From contig CAWGMQ010000002.1 of NCBI GenBank assembly GCA_963823665.1, positions 1 to 64,000 on the forward strand: a DNA stretch of 64,000 nt, read 5' to 3'. The position numbers and the translations under genes are program-made. This stretch comes from an uncultured Planctomycetota bacterium (lineage in GTDB: Bacteria; Planctomycetota; Planctomycetia; Isosphaerales; Isosphaeraceae). Below, one piece after another: positions 28,997-38,917 of the stretch (position 1 is the first letter of the stretch; each line of letters begins with the position of its first letter). The notes under the pieces were generated by a model. It was not told the DNA's origin. It saw only the letters and a program-made list of their open reading frames with translations, and searched no databases.

Positions 28997-29953
28997 ATGA
29001 GCAACCGACGCATCCCGCACACGAGCAAACGCGCATTCCACCCGGCGTACGACGACCTGGAGGGGCGGCGACTGATGTCGTCGGCCGCGGTTCCGCGAGG
29101 TCCCGCGCCCGGAGATATTAACGGACCATCCGCGCCGGCCATCGTTGCTTTCAACGACAAGATCTACATGGCCTCAGTGAATGGCTACAGCGGCGTTCCC
29201 TTCGAGATCGAGTCCTCGTCCGACGGCGGCTTGACCTTCGGCAACAAGGTCGACCTCCCTGAGAAGACCGAGTCATCTCCGGCGCTGACCGTCTTCGACG
29301 GACGCCTCTACGTCGCCTGGAGAGGGGACAATAGCGCTCACCAGGTCAACGTCGAGTCGTCATCCAATGGCGTGGACTTCGGCAATAAGGTCGTCTTGCC
29401 TGAAAACACCATCGGCAGTCCGGCGCTGACCGTCTTCGACGGACGGCTCTACGTCGCCTGGACGGGGACCAACCACCAGCTCAACATCGAGTCGTCATCC
29501 AATGGCGTGAACTTCGCCGATAAGGTCACCGCGCCTGAGTCCAGCGATGCCGGTCCGGGGCTGACCGCATTCGACGGAGTCCTCGAGATCGCCTGGGCGG
29601 GGACCGATAAGGATCACCAGCTCAACCTCGAGTCGTCATCCAATGGCGTGAATTTCGGCAATAAGGTCACCCTCCCTGAGAAGAACAGTGCCCCGAAGGC
29701 GGCCGTACAGCCCGCTCCGGCGCTGGCCAGCTTCGACGCACGTCTGTACATCGCCTGGAAGGGGACCGATGGGCGCCTCAACTTCGACTCGTCGGCCAAT
29801 GGCGTGGCCTTCGGCCGCAAGACCCCCTATTTGCAAAGCATCGAAAGTACCGGTCCGGAGCTGGCCGACGTCGGCAGATCACTCGACATGGCGTTGACTA
29901 GTAAGACGAATCCTCACGTCGTCCATGAAGTTGTCACTATCTCTCGCGCTTGA
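28997..29953 (+). CDS. Propeller-repeat paralog P7
   Basis: KRAFHPAYDDLEGRRLMS plus ~6 repeats; highly similar to P3. Confidence 0.88.
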   Translation: MSNRRIPHTSKRAFHPAYDDLEGRRLMSSAAVPRGPAPGDINGPSAPAIVAFNDKIYMASVNGYSGVPFEIESSSDGGLTFGNKVDLPEKTESSPALTVFDGRLYVAWRGDNSAHQVNVESSSNGVDFGNKVVLPENTIGSPALTVFDGRLYVAWTGTNHQLNIESSSNGVNFADKVTAPESSDAGPGLTAFDGVLEIAWAGTDKDHQLNLESSSNGVNFGNKVTLPEKNSAPKAAVQPAPALASFDARLYIAWKGTDGRLNFDSSANGVAFGRKTPYLQSIESTGPELADVGRSLDMALTSKTNPHVVHEVVTISRA

Positions 29954-30011
29954 GGACAAGGTGCTGGAGCGTGCCGTCGTCAAGGTTCTGGAAGCTGTCT
30001 ACGAAGCCGAA
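29949..30011 (+). pseudogene. Second group II intron-type RT remnant
   Basis: LEDKVLERAVVKVLEAVYEAE; shares TGAGGACAAGGTGCT.GAGCGTGCCGTC with 24507-24534. Confidence 0.65.
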
Positions 30012-30421
30012 AGCGTCGTGTTCGCAGGCAAGGGCAAGCACAGGCACGTCGCGGGCTTCCAACTGGATTTCAGCGAGGCACTTGATGCAAAGTGCGCCGG
30101 CGCCGCCGCGAATTACATCCTGAGTCGAACGGTTCACGAGAAAGGGCGGTCGCTGGCGCTTTCGGTGCCCTTCAGGGTCGTTCAAAACGCGGCGGCCGAG
30201 ACCCGTCGAATTGCAGTTGCGACGTCCGACCACTTTTGCCGGCGGAGGGGGAGCTCTTGGTAAACGCGCAGCCGCCCAACGGAATCACAAGTCGCTCGGG
30301 CGAGTATCTCGATGGCGACGATCTGGGCGTTCCGGGTAACGATGCAACCTTCGTCATCGGCCGCGGGGCAGCCAGCATCGTCGCACCCACGATCCACGAG
30401 CCGACGCCAGCCGCACCTTGA
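30012..30421 (+). pseudogene. Remnant of the C-terminal Ig-like domain of a large surface protein
   Basis: FQLDFSEALDA..A..AANYIL..., then a frame change to GELLVNAQPPNGI...LDGD..GVPG.DATFVI; no start. Confidence 0.45.
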
Positions 30422-30459
30422 TCAGAGAAGCATGTTCCCGTCGCGTCGTCATCGTCTCG

Positions 30460-30487
30460 TGTAAGGTCGTAAACCCCGGCCACGCTT
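30460..30487 (+). promoter_or_regulatory. Island motif copy I (TGTAAG-N16-ACGCTT)
   Basis: Exact boxes and spacing; 311 nt upstream of the truncated gene at 30771. Confidence 0.6.
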
Positions 30488-30770
30488 TATATCCCGATGA
30501 GAGACTCCGCACTCCATGAAGTCGAGACGCGGCTGATCGAGTAAGCAAAGATCAATGCAAGCCTGCTGCTGTCCCGGCCGGGCACGCGGCACCGGGTCCG
30601 CGTTTTCGCGCCGCAAACCGCACAACTTAAATCCCGTTGCATGGGCCAAGCGGGCCTGGTGGTACCGCTCCGCGCAGATCGGAGCGCTTTCGGAGCTTCA
30701 GCCAAGGGGCATCCCAGGAATTCTCTGCGTAACACCCACAATTCACGAGCCGAACCGAAGGGAAATCACC

Positions 30771-31043
30771 ATGTTCACGTCGCGTCGTAATCGCCGTGAT
30801 GCCAGGGCCGGCAATTGCAATTCCCGGCGCACACGACGGACCTTTGCGCTGGAGCCCCTGGAGGAACGCGTCGTCCTCTCGCCTACGGTCTACACGGTCA
30901 ACACGAGCGCCGACGGCACGCAGAGCGGCACCCTGCGCTCGGCGATCATCCAGGCCAATGACAATACGAATATTGCCGACGCTCGCCGGTCGCACTCACT
31001 TCCAAGCCAAGGCACCGTTCAATCGGCTGTCCCGAGTGCGTGA
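30771..31043 (+). pseudogene. Truncated paralog of the adhesin N-terminus
   Basis: MFTSRR...LEPLEERVVLSPTVYTVNTSADGTQSGTLRSAIIQAN matches the start of 31246, then similarity is lost. Confidence 0.7.
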
Positions 31044-31142
31044 AGTCATCGCACCACGCTGCCTTAAGTCCGACTCCTGAGACACTCGCGACAAACAATT
31101 TCGTCACAGAATGTTCTTGATTTCAGATTTTCATGCGGACTG

Positions 31143-31170
31143 TGTAAGGTCCGAGAGCCTCGACACGCTC
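31143..31170 (+). promoter_or_regulatory. Island motif copy J (TGTAAG-N16-ACGCTC), upstream of the giant adhesin
   Basis: 103 nt before ATG 31246. Confidence 0.72.
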
Positions 31171-31245
31171 TTTATAACGAGAGCGACCGCTCCACTCGCC
31201 CAAGAATCCACCAACCGAAGTTACGCTCACCCGAAGGAGAGAACG

Positions 31246-34200
31246 ATGTTTGAATCGCGTCGTCAACGCCTTGCCTCCGGCACCACCAGTCGCCGGACCC
31301 AGCGCACGCGCCGGAAGTTCACGGTCGAGGCCTTGGAGGAACGCGTCGTCCTCTCGCCCACGATCTTCACGGTCAACACCAACGTCGACGGCACCGAAAG
31401 CGGCACCCTGCGGTGGGCGATCACCCAGGCCAATAACAATTCGACTACCGCGGGCAGCGTCATCACGTTCGCCGCGGGAGTCGGGGGCGAGACGATCAAC
31501 CTGTCGTCAACGCTGGGCACGCTGGACCTCACTGAGACGGCCGGCCCGGAGCAGATCGAAGGCCCATCCGGCGTCGTGACCGTCAGCGGCGACCTCGCCT
31601 TCGGCGTGTTCGACGTCGCCTCGGGCGTCAAAGCCACGATCCAGGGCCTGAACATCACCGGCGGCAATGCCAGCAACTCTGGTGGTGGAATCGACAACAA
31701 CGGCACGCTGACGATCAACGACTGCTCTGTCACCGACAACTCCGCCTTGATTGGCGGCGGCATCTTTACCGCGGGCGCGCTCACGCTCACGAACAGCACC
31801 GTCTCCGGCAACTCCGCCCGCGCGACTGACGGCGGCATTTTTAGCGAGGGCGACGCTTTGACGCTCACGAACTCCACAGTCTCCGGCAACTCGGCCCGTA
31901 CCAACGCCGGCATTGCGAACGAAGAGGGCGCGCTCACGCTTACCAACTGCACCGTCTCAGCCAACTCGGCCAATTACTCAGGCGGTGGTCTATACAGTGC
32001 GGGAGACACGGCGACACTGACCGACACCATCGTCGCCGGCAATAACGCCGGCAGCGTCGCCAGCGATATCTCCCTTGGGTCGGCCAGCAGTGTCACCGGC
32101 AGCTACAACCTGATTGGCACCGGGGGTTCGGGCGGGATCGCGAACGGAGTGCACGGCAACATCGTCCTGACCGGCTCCGAGACAGCCGGCCTGGCTCCCC
32201 TGGGGAATTACGCCGGGCCGACATATACCATGGCCCTCATGCCCGGCAGCCCCGCCATCGGTACGGGATCGATCGTCAGTGGGATCACGACTGACCAGCG
32301 GGGGGAGATCCGGGGTTCCGTGGTGGATATCGGCGCGGTCCAGGTGAGCCTCGTTGTCGAATCGACGGCGGGGACGGTCAGTGAGGTCCCCAGCTCCTTG
32401 ACCTTGCCCGGCGCCGTCAGCCTGGCCGATACGTATTCTGACTCCGAGATCACCTTCGGCCCGAACGTCTTCGGCACTCCGCAGACCATCACGCTGGCAT
32501 CCGGCACGCTCGACCTGACCAACACCGTCGGGACCACGACAATCACCGGCCCGACGGCCGGCGTGACCATCAGCGGCGGCAACGCGGTCCAGGTGTTCGA
32601 CGTCGCCTCCCAGGTCAACGCCACGATCTCGGGCTTGACCATCACCGAGGGCAATGCCGACGAGGGTGGGGGCCTGTATAACAGCGGCACGGTGACGCTC
32701 AACGACTGCACCATCAGCGGAAACTCCGCTGGCGGCAATGGCGGCGGAGTGTACAACTACGGGAACCGCAGTACCCACTACGGAGCTACGCTGACGCTCA
32801 ACGGCTGCACCATCAGCGGAAACTCCGCAGGGGCGCCGGCGGGGGGGTGTGCAACTACGGCACGGCGACGCTCGACGACTGCACCATCGCCGGAAATTTC
32901 AGCAATCAAGTCGGCGGCGGCGGGGTGAATAACGGCGAGTACGCCACGGCGACGCTCAACGACTGCGCCATCACCGGAAATTCTACGAGCGGCGACGGCG
33001 GCGGTGTGTACGTCAACTTCGGTACGGCGACGCTCACGAACTGCACCATCAGCGGAAACTCCGCGGACGCCGGCGGCGGCGTAGACAACTTTGCCACGGC
33101 GATAATCGACGCCTGCACCATCGAAGCAAACTCCGCTAGCGCGTATGGCGCCGGGCTGGTCAACTTCAGTGGTACGGCGACGCTCACCGACACAATCGTG
33201 GCCGGGAACACTTCGAGTGGGGCCGCCAGCGACATCAGCACCATGGGCGGCACGCTCACCGGCTCGTACGACATGATCGGCACCGGCGGCTCGGGAGAGC
33301 TCTCGAACGGGGTCGACGGCAACATCGTCGGAGTCTCGAATCCGGGCTTGGCCCAACTGGGCAACTACGGCGGGCCGACTCAAACGATCGCGCTCTTGCC
33401 CGGTAGCCCCGCGCTCGCCGCCGGGACGGCGACCGGCGCCCCGGCCACCGATCAGCGCGGCGTGGTCCGTACCAGTGGCGTCGACATCGGCGCCTTCCAG
33501 AGCCAGGGGTTCGTTGTCACGATCACCGGCGGCAACAACCAGGCCGGCATAGTCGGCAGCTCGTTCGCAGATCCCCTCTCCGTGACCGTCACGGCCAATG
33601 ACCCCCAGGAGCCGGTGGCAGCGGGCGTCGTGTCCTTCGCCGCTCCTGCCTCGGGCGCCTCGGCCAGCTTCACTGGCAACCCGGCCGTGATCGGCGCCAC
33701 GGGCTCGGCCTCGGTCAGCGCGACCGCCAACTCCATGGGCGGCACCTACGCCGTGACGGCCTCCACCGGCGCGGGCTCCGCCAGCTTCTCGCTGACCAAC
33801 GTCGCCCAGCCCACGTTCTCAAACCTCGCCTGCGCGACGATCACGTACGGCACCGCCTCGGCGACCTTGGGCGGCACCATCCTGGCCGGCTCGTTCGTCC
33901 CCACGGGCGACGTGAACATCACTGTCGACAACGTCACCGAGCAGGCGACCATCGACGCCAGCGGCGATTTCTCGCTCGCCTTCCCCACCGCAGGGCTGGG
34001 CGTGGCCGGCGCTCCCTACACGATCACCTATGCCTACGCGGGCAACGGCACGTTCCAGCCGGTCACCGACAGCAGCCCGGTGCTCACCGTGACCCAGGCG
34101 ACACCCACACTGGCGGTCACAGGTGTGACGTCGACCTACGACGGCGAATCGCAGCCGGCGAGCTTCACGATCACGGGCGTCAACGGCGAAAACCTGACGA

Positions 34201-37200
34201 GCCTCGTGACGCTCACCTACAATGGCTCACCCAACCTGCCGGTCAATGCGGGCAATTACGCCGTCGTCGCGACCTTCCCGGGCGACACCAATTACGCGGC
34301 GATCAGCAACGCGTCGCAGTCGGTCGTGATCGCCCAGGCGACACCAACCTTGAACGTCACCGGCGTGAAGTCGACCTACGATGGCCAGCCGCAGCCGGCG
34401 AGCTTCACGATCACGGGGGTCAACGGCGATAACCTGACCAGCCTCGTGACGCTCACCTACAACGGCTCGCCCAACCTACCGGTCAATGCGGGCAATTACG
34501 CGGTCGTCGCGACCTTCCCGGGCGACACCAATTACGCGGCGATCAGCAACGCGTCGCAGTCGGTCGTGATCGCCCAGGCGACACCAACCTTGAACGTCAC
34601 CGGCGTGAAGTCGACCTACGATGGCCAGCCGCAGCCGGCGAGCTTCACGATCACGGGGGTCAACGGCGATAACCTGACCAGCCTCGTGACGCTCACCTAC
34701 AACGGCTCGCCCAACCTACCGGTCAATGCCGGCACCTACGCCGTCGACGCCAGCTTCCCCGGCGACAACAATTACGTACCCGTGAGCAACTCGTTGCAGT
34801 CTGTCGTGATCGCCCAGGCCACACCGACCTTAAACCTCACCGGTGTGACGTCGACCTACGACGGCGAGCCGCAACCCGCGAGCTTCACCATCACGGGGGT
34901 CAACGGCGATAACCTGACGAGCCTCGTGACGCTCACCTACAACGGCTCGCCCAACCTACCGGTCAATGCCGGCACCTACGCCGTCGACGCCAGCTTCCCC
35001 GGCGACAACAATTACGTACCCGTGAGCAACTCGTTGCAGTCTGTCGTGATCGCCCAGGCGACACCAACCTTGAACGTCACCGGCGTGAAGTCGACCTACG
35101 ATGGCCAGCCGCAGCCGGCGAGCTTCACGATCACGGGGGTCAACGGCGATAACCTGACCAGCCTCGTGACGCTCACCTACAACGGCTCGCCCAACCTACC
35201 GGTCAATGCGGGCAATTACGCGGTCGTCGCGACCTTCCCGGGCGACACCAATTACGCGGCGATCAGCAACGCGTCGCAGTCGGTCGTGATCGCCCAGGCG
35301 ACACCAACCTTGAACGTCACCGGCGTGAAGTCGACCTACGATGGCCAGCCGCAGCCGGCGAGCTTCACGATCACGGGGGTCAACGGCGATAACCTGACCA
35401 GCCTCGTGACGCTCACCTACAACGGCTCGCCCAACCTACCGGTCAATGCCGGCACCTACGCCGTCGACGCCAGCTTCCCCGGCGACAACAATTACGTACC
35501 CGTGAGCAACTCGTTGCAGTCTGTCGTGATCGCCCAGGCCACACCGACCTTAAACCTCACCGGTGTGACGTCGACCTACGACGGCGAGCCGCAACCCGCG
35601 AGCTTCACCATCACGGGGGTCAACGGCGATAACCTGACGAGCCTCGTGACGCTCACCTACAACGGCTCGCCCAACCTACCGGTCAATGCCGGCACCTACG
35701 CCGTCGACGCCAGCTTCCCCGGCGACAACAATTACGTACCCGTGAGCAACTCGTTGCAGTCTGTCGTGATCGCCCAGGCCACACCGACCTTAAACCTCAC
35801 CGGTGTGACGTCGACCTACGACGGCGAGCCGCAACCCGCGAGCTTCACGATCACGGGGGTCAACGGCGATAACCTGACGAGCCTCGTGACGCTGACGTAT
35901 AACGGCTCGGCCAGCGTGCCGGTTAACGCGGGGACCTATGCGGTCGTTGCCAGCTTCCCCGGCGACACCGACTATGTGCCGGTGAACAACTCGTCGCAGT
36001 CAGTCGTCATCAACGCCTCGGCGACCACGACCACCTTGACATCGTCGTCCAACCCGGTGATTCCCGGCCAATCGGTAACGTTTACGGCGATTGTCTCGCC
36101 GGTCGCGCCCGGTGGCGGAACACCGACCGGCAGCGTGACGTTTCAGTACGGCTCGACCGTGATCGCCACCGTGCCGGTCTCAGCCGTGGGAGGTCAGGTC
36201 GAGGCGAGCGTGACGACAACACTCTCCACATCGGGCTCTTCCCCGATCACGTCCTCCTACGCGAACTCCAACGGCAACTACTCCGGCAGCTCGGCCTCGC
36301 TCAACGAGACGGTCAAGGGCCCCGGCGTTTACGTGTCCGGCACCACGCTTTATGTCGTCGGTGCCAACACGTCCGACTACGCTTCGATCAGCCCGGCCGG
36401 CAGCAAGACCGACGGCAGCACGGGACTGGCCGTTTCGGCGACATTGAACGGGACGTGGAGCTCGCAAACCTTCACCCAGACGTTCACCGCCATCGTCATT
36501 ACGGGCTACGGCGGCAACGACGATTTCCAGCTCGCCTGCTCGCTGGCCTTGCCGACGACGGTGACCGAGGGGAACGGCAATAACTACATCCTGCTCGCCG
36601 GCGGCAACGACACGGTCACACTGGGGACCGGAAGCAACCAGGTCTTCGGCGGCAACGGCAACATGACGATCACCGACTCAGATGCGGCCTGCACGAGCGC
36701 CTACATCCAGCTTGGCAACGGCAACGATGTCATCAACATGGGCGCCGGCAATGACCAGGTCGTGCTGGGCAGCGGTAACAATACCGTCACCACGGGCAAC
36801 GGGAACGACTCGGTGACCACGTCGGGCAGCGGCAATAACACCGTCACCCTGGGCAACGGCAACGAATACGTTTCCACCGGCAACGGCAACGACGTGATCG
36901 CGCTCGGCTCGGGCAACGAGACCATTCTGACGGGCAACGGCAACAAGACGATCACGGCCGGCAACGGCAATGACTACGTGTCGGCCGGAAGCGGGACGGT
37001 CGTCGTCACCCTGGGCAACGGCGCCGATAACGTCCAGGTCGGCAACGGCAGCACCACCATCACGCTGGGCAGCGGCAATGACTACGTCTCCAGCGGCAGC
37101 GGCACCGACGTCGTCACCGCAGCTTCCGGCGCCGACAATGTCCAGGTCGGCGGCGGCAACGACAAAGTCACGCTGGGAGACGGCAACGACTACGTCTCTG

Positions 37201-37604
37201 CAGGTGGCGGCAACGACAATGTGACTGTCGGCAATGGCAACGACAACATCCAGCTCGGCAACGGCTCGGATGTGATCATCGAAGGTAACGGCAACGACTA
37301 CGTGTCGGCCGGCAACGGCGCAGACCTGGTTGTTGCGGGGCTGGGGCAGCACACGGTGCAGCTCGGCAACGGCAACGACCTCCTGATCGACGGCTCGGCC
37401 ACGGTCGTCAACTCCGGCGACTCGTTCCGGCAGATTCTTTCCGACTGGAACTCTAGCTCCTCGGCGTCAGTCGATACGCGGCTGAAGGTCGTCTACAACA
37501 CGTCGCATCCCAGCGTGATGCAGGCCGGCAGTGGCCGAAACTGGTGGTTCTACACCTACTCGAAGGACGTGACCAACAAGAAGCCGACGGACCGGCTGAA
37601 TTGA
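31246..37604 (+). CDS. Giant surface protein/adhesin (~2100 aa): LEERVVLS leader, beta-helix GGG(I/V) repeats, Ig-like domains, 8 MBG-like repeats, Big_3-like domain, RTX-like GNGND repeats; frameshift near 32830-32847
   Basis: ORFs 31111..32928 and 32847..37604 join in a G-rich tract; AAGGAG RBS; TDQRG..R...DIGA motifs; very high T/G/N/S content. Confidence 0.85.
34094..36010 (+). repeat. Eight tandem 240-bp (80-aa) coding repeats containing a 720-bp higher-order duplication
   Basis: CCAGGC(G/C)ACACC recurs at 34094, 34334, 34574, 34814, 35054, 35294, 35534 and 35774. Confidence 0.95.
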
Positions 37605-37651
37605 GCGGATGTTCGGCGTGTGTCTCCAGGCCGCGCCCAGGTCAAGACCGG

Positions 37652-37684
37652 AGGCCTCCCGACCCTCGCCGAGGGTGGAGGCCT
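37652..37684 (+). terminator. GC-rich hairpin after the adhesin (possible terminator, no U-tract)
   Basis: AGGCCTCC-cg-ACCCTC-gcc-GAGGGT-GGAGGCCT. Confidence 0.35.
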
Positions 37685-37908
37685 TCGCTCGGCGCGTGTG
37701 TTCAACGTCAGACCTTTCACCGCTTCCGGTCTCATTCGGGAACTGAGTCCCCGGCTTCTCATAACGTACGCGGCACATCCAGTGCCGTAAGTCTCATATA
37801 TGGTGCGTACGAAGCCGCAAATTGGCCGGCGGCACTCGCCACATGGAGCGGACGTAAGTAATTACTTGAAAAGGAATAATGCAATCTACGCGCGAGCAGA
37901 ATTCGACT

Positions 37909-37971
37909 GGCACTGGAAATGCCGTGTGCGGGTCAAACTGCACCGTGGGTTCGAATCCCACCCTCTCCGCT
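37909..37971 (+). repeat. att-like direct repeat: exact copy of the tRNA-Ser 3' 63 bp
   Basis: Identical to 7832-7894; lacks the 5' acceptor strand and D arm. Confidence 0.95.
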
Positions 37972-38317
37972 ACCCATTTGAAAAATTAGACTTGCGTCTT
38001 CAGGTTTACGAAGTGCCGCACTTCCGCGAAACGGACCAGTCTGGTGCCGCATGTGCACCCACGGAGGGGGTTGACGTACCCCAACCAACCGGGCGAGATC
38101 AACTGAGCGCGAACTCAATAACTGCTTTGACCTTGAAGACGTCGCGATGACGCATCCAGGGCATCAATCGCACGCGTTCGCACGATACCTCCCGGTATCC
38201 TTTTTCGCACGGCCTGGCGTAGAATCAACCGTGCATTCGTCACTCGGATCGGGATGAATCGCGAAGGGACGCTATCTGCAGACCGCAAGTTCGGCGCCCC
38301 CGGTGTCTGGAGTCATC

Positions 38318-38899
38318 ATGCATCAGCACAAATGTTCGTTGTGCGGAACGATGTGGCAGCATGGGGAGGAATGGGACAGAGACATGCTGGCCCATGAATG
38401 CTCAGTCTGTGGCTGCCACCAGTTTCGCGTCTTCAAGGTAGACGGCGGGCAGACCGCAGCTCTGCCGGAGCAAACCTACGACAAATTGCTGGAGGCCTTC
38501 GCTAGTGCCGACCCGTTTGTCCGGTCAACAACGCTGTTTGCCTTGAACGTTGGCGATCGGGCAGCGCGCGGCGTTCTGCCCAACCTGGCAACGATGGCCA
38601 CGTCTGACCCGGAAGCCATGGTGCGGTTGGCGGCCGTCGAAACCTTGCGTCGCTTTGGGGCCGATGCAGCGGCGGCGCTACCAGTCCTCGCCCAAGCACT
38701 TGCCGACCGGCATCCCGAGGTTCGACGTGCGGCCGCGCTCACTTTGGGCGATCTTGGCACCGCGGCGCAGAGCGCCTTGACCGCGCTGACGGTCCGTCTA
38801 AGCGACAACCATCCGCGAGTTCGAACTGTAGTGGCCGCGGCTTTGGCAAAGATTCGACCGATGACCGACGTTTGGCAGATCACCGTAGGTCAGGGGTAG
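38318..38899 (+). CDS. HEAT/PBS-lyase repeat protein with an N-terminal Zn-ribbon-like motif
   Basis: HKCSLCG...HECSVCG, then D.D..VR.AA..L repeats (about 4). Confidence 0.8.
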   Translation: MHQHKCSLCGTMWQHGEEWDRDMLAHECSVCGCHQFRVFKVDGGQTAALPEQTYDKLLEAFASADPFVRSTTLFALNVGDRAARGVLPNLATMATSDPEAMVRLAAVETLRRFGADAAAALPVLAQALADRHPEVRRAAALTLGDLGTAAQSALTALTVRLSDNHPRVRTVVAAALAKIRPMTDVWQITVGQG

Positions 38900-38917
38900 C
38901 CGCGCAGCCAAGATTCG

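Larger units (their letters stand above)
7895..37971. mobile_element. Genomic island 1 (~30 kb) integrated at tRNA-Ser; no integrase seen
   Basis: Bounded by a 63-bp exact direct repeat of the tRNA 3' part (7832-7894 = 37909-37971); accessory cargo, paralog array and gene remnants. Confidence 0.8.

Noticed and set aside
20973..29953. CRISPR array or integron cassette array
   Set aside because: The short repeats are in-frame coding repeats; the intergenic motif is strand-linked to gene starts and not palindromic like attC; no cas or intI gene is visible
20973..30011. Diversity-generating retroelement
   Set aside because: The RT is only ~20-aa scraps, and paralog differences are not adenine-specific template/variable pairs
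36590..37380. RTX toxin / type I secretion system
   Set aside because: GNGND repeats are present, but there is no toxin domain, and the island ABC proteins are FtsX/MacB-type rather than HlyB-type, with no TolC gene in the window
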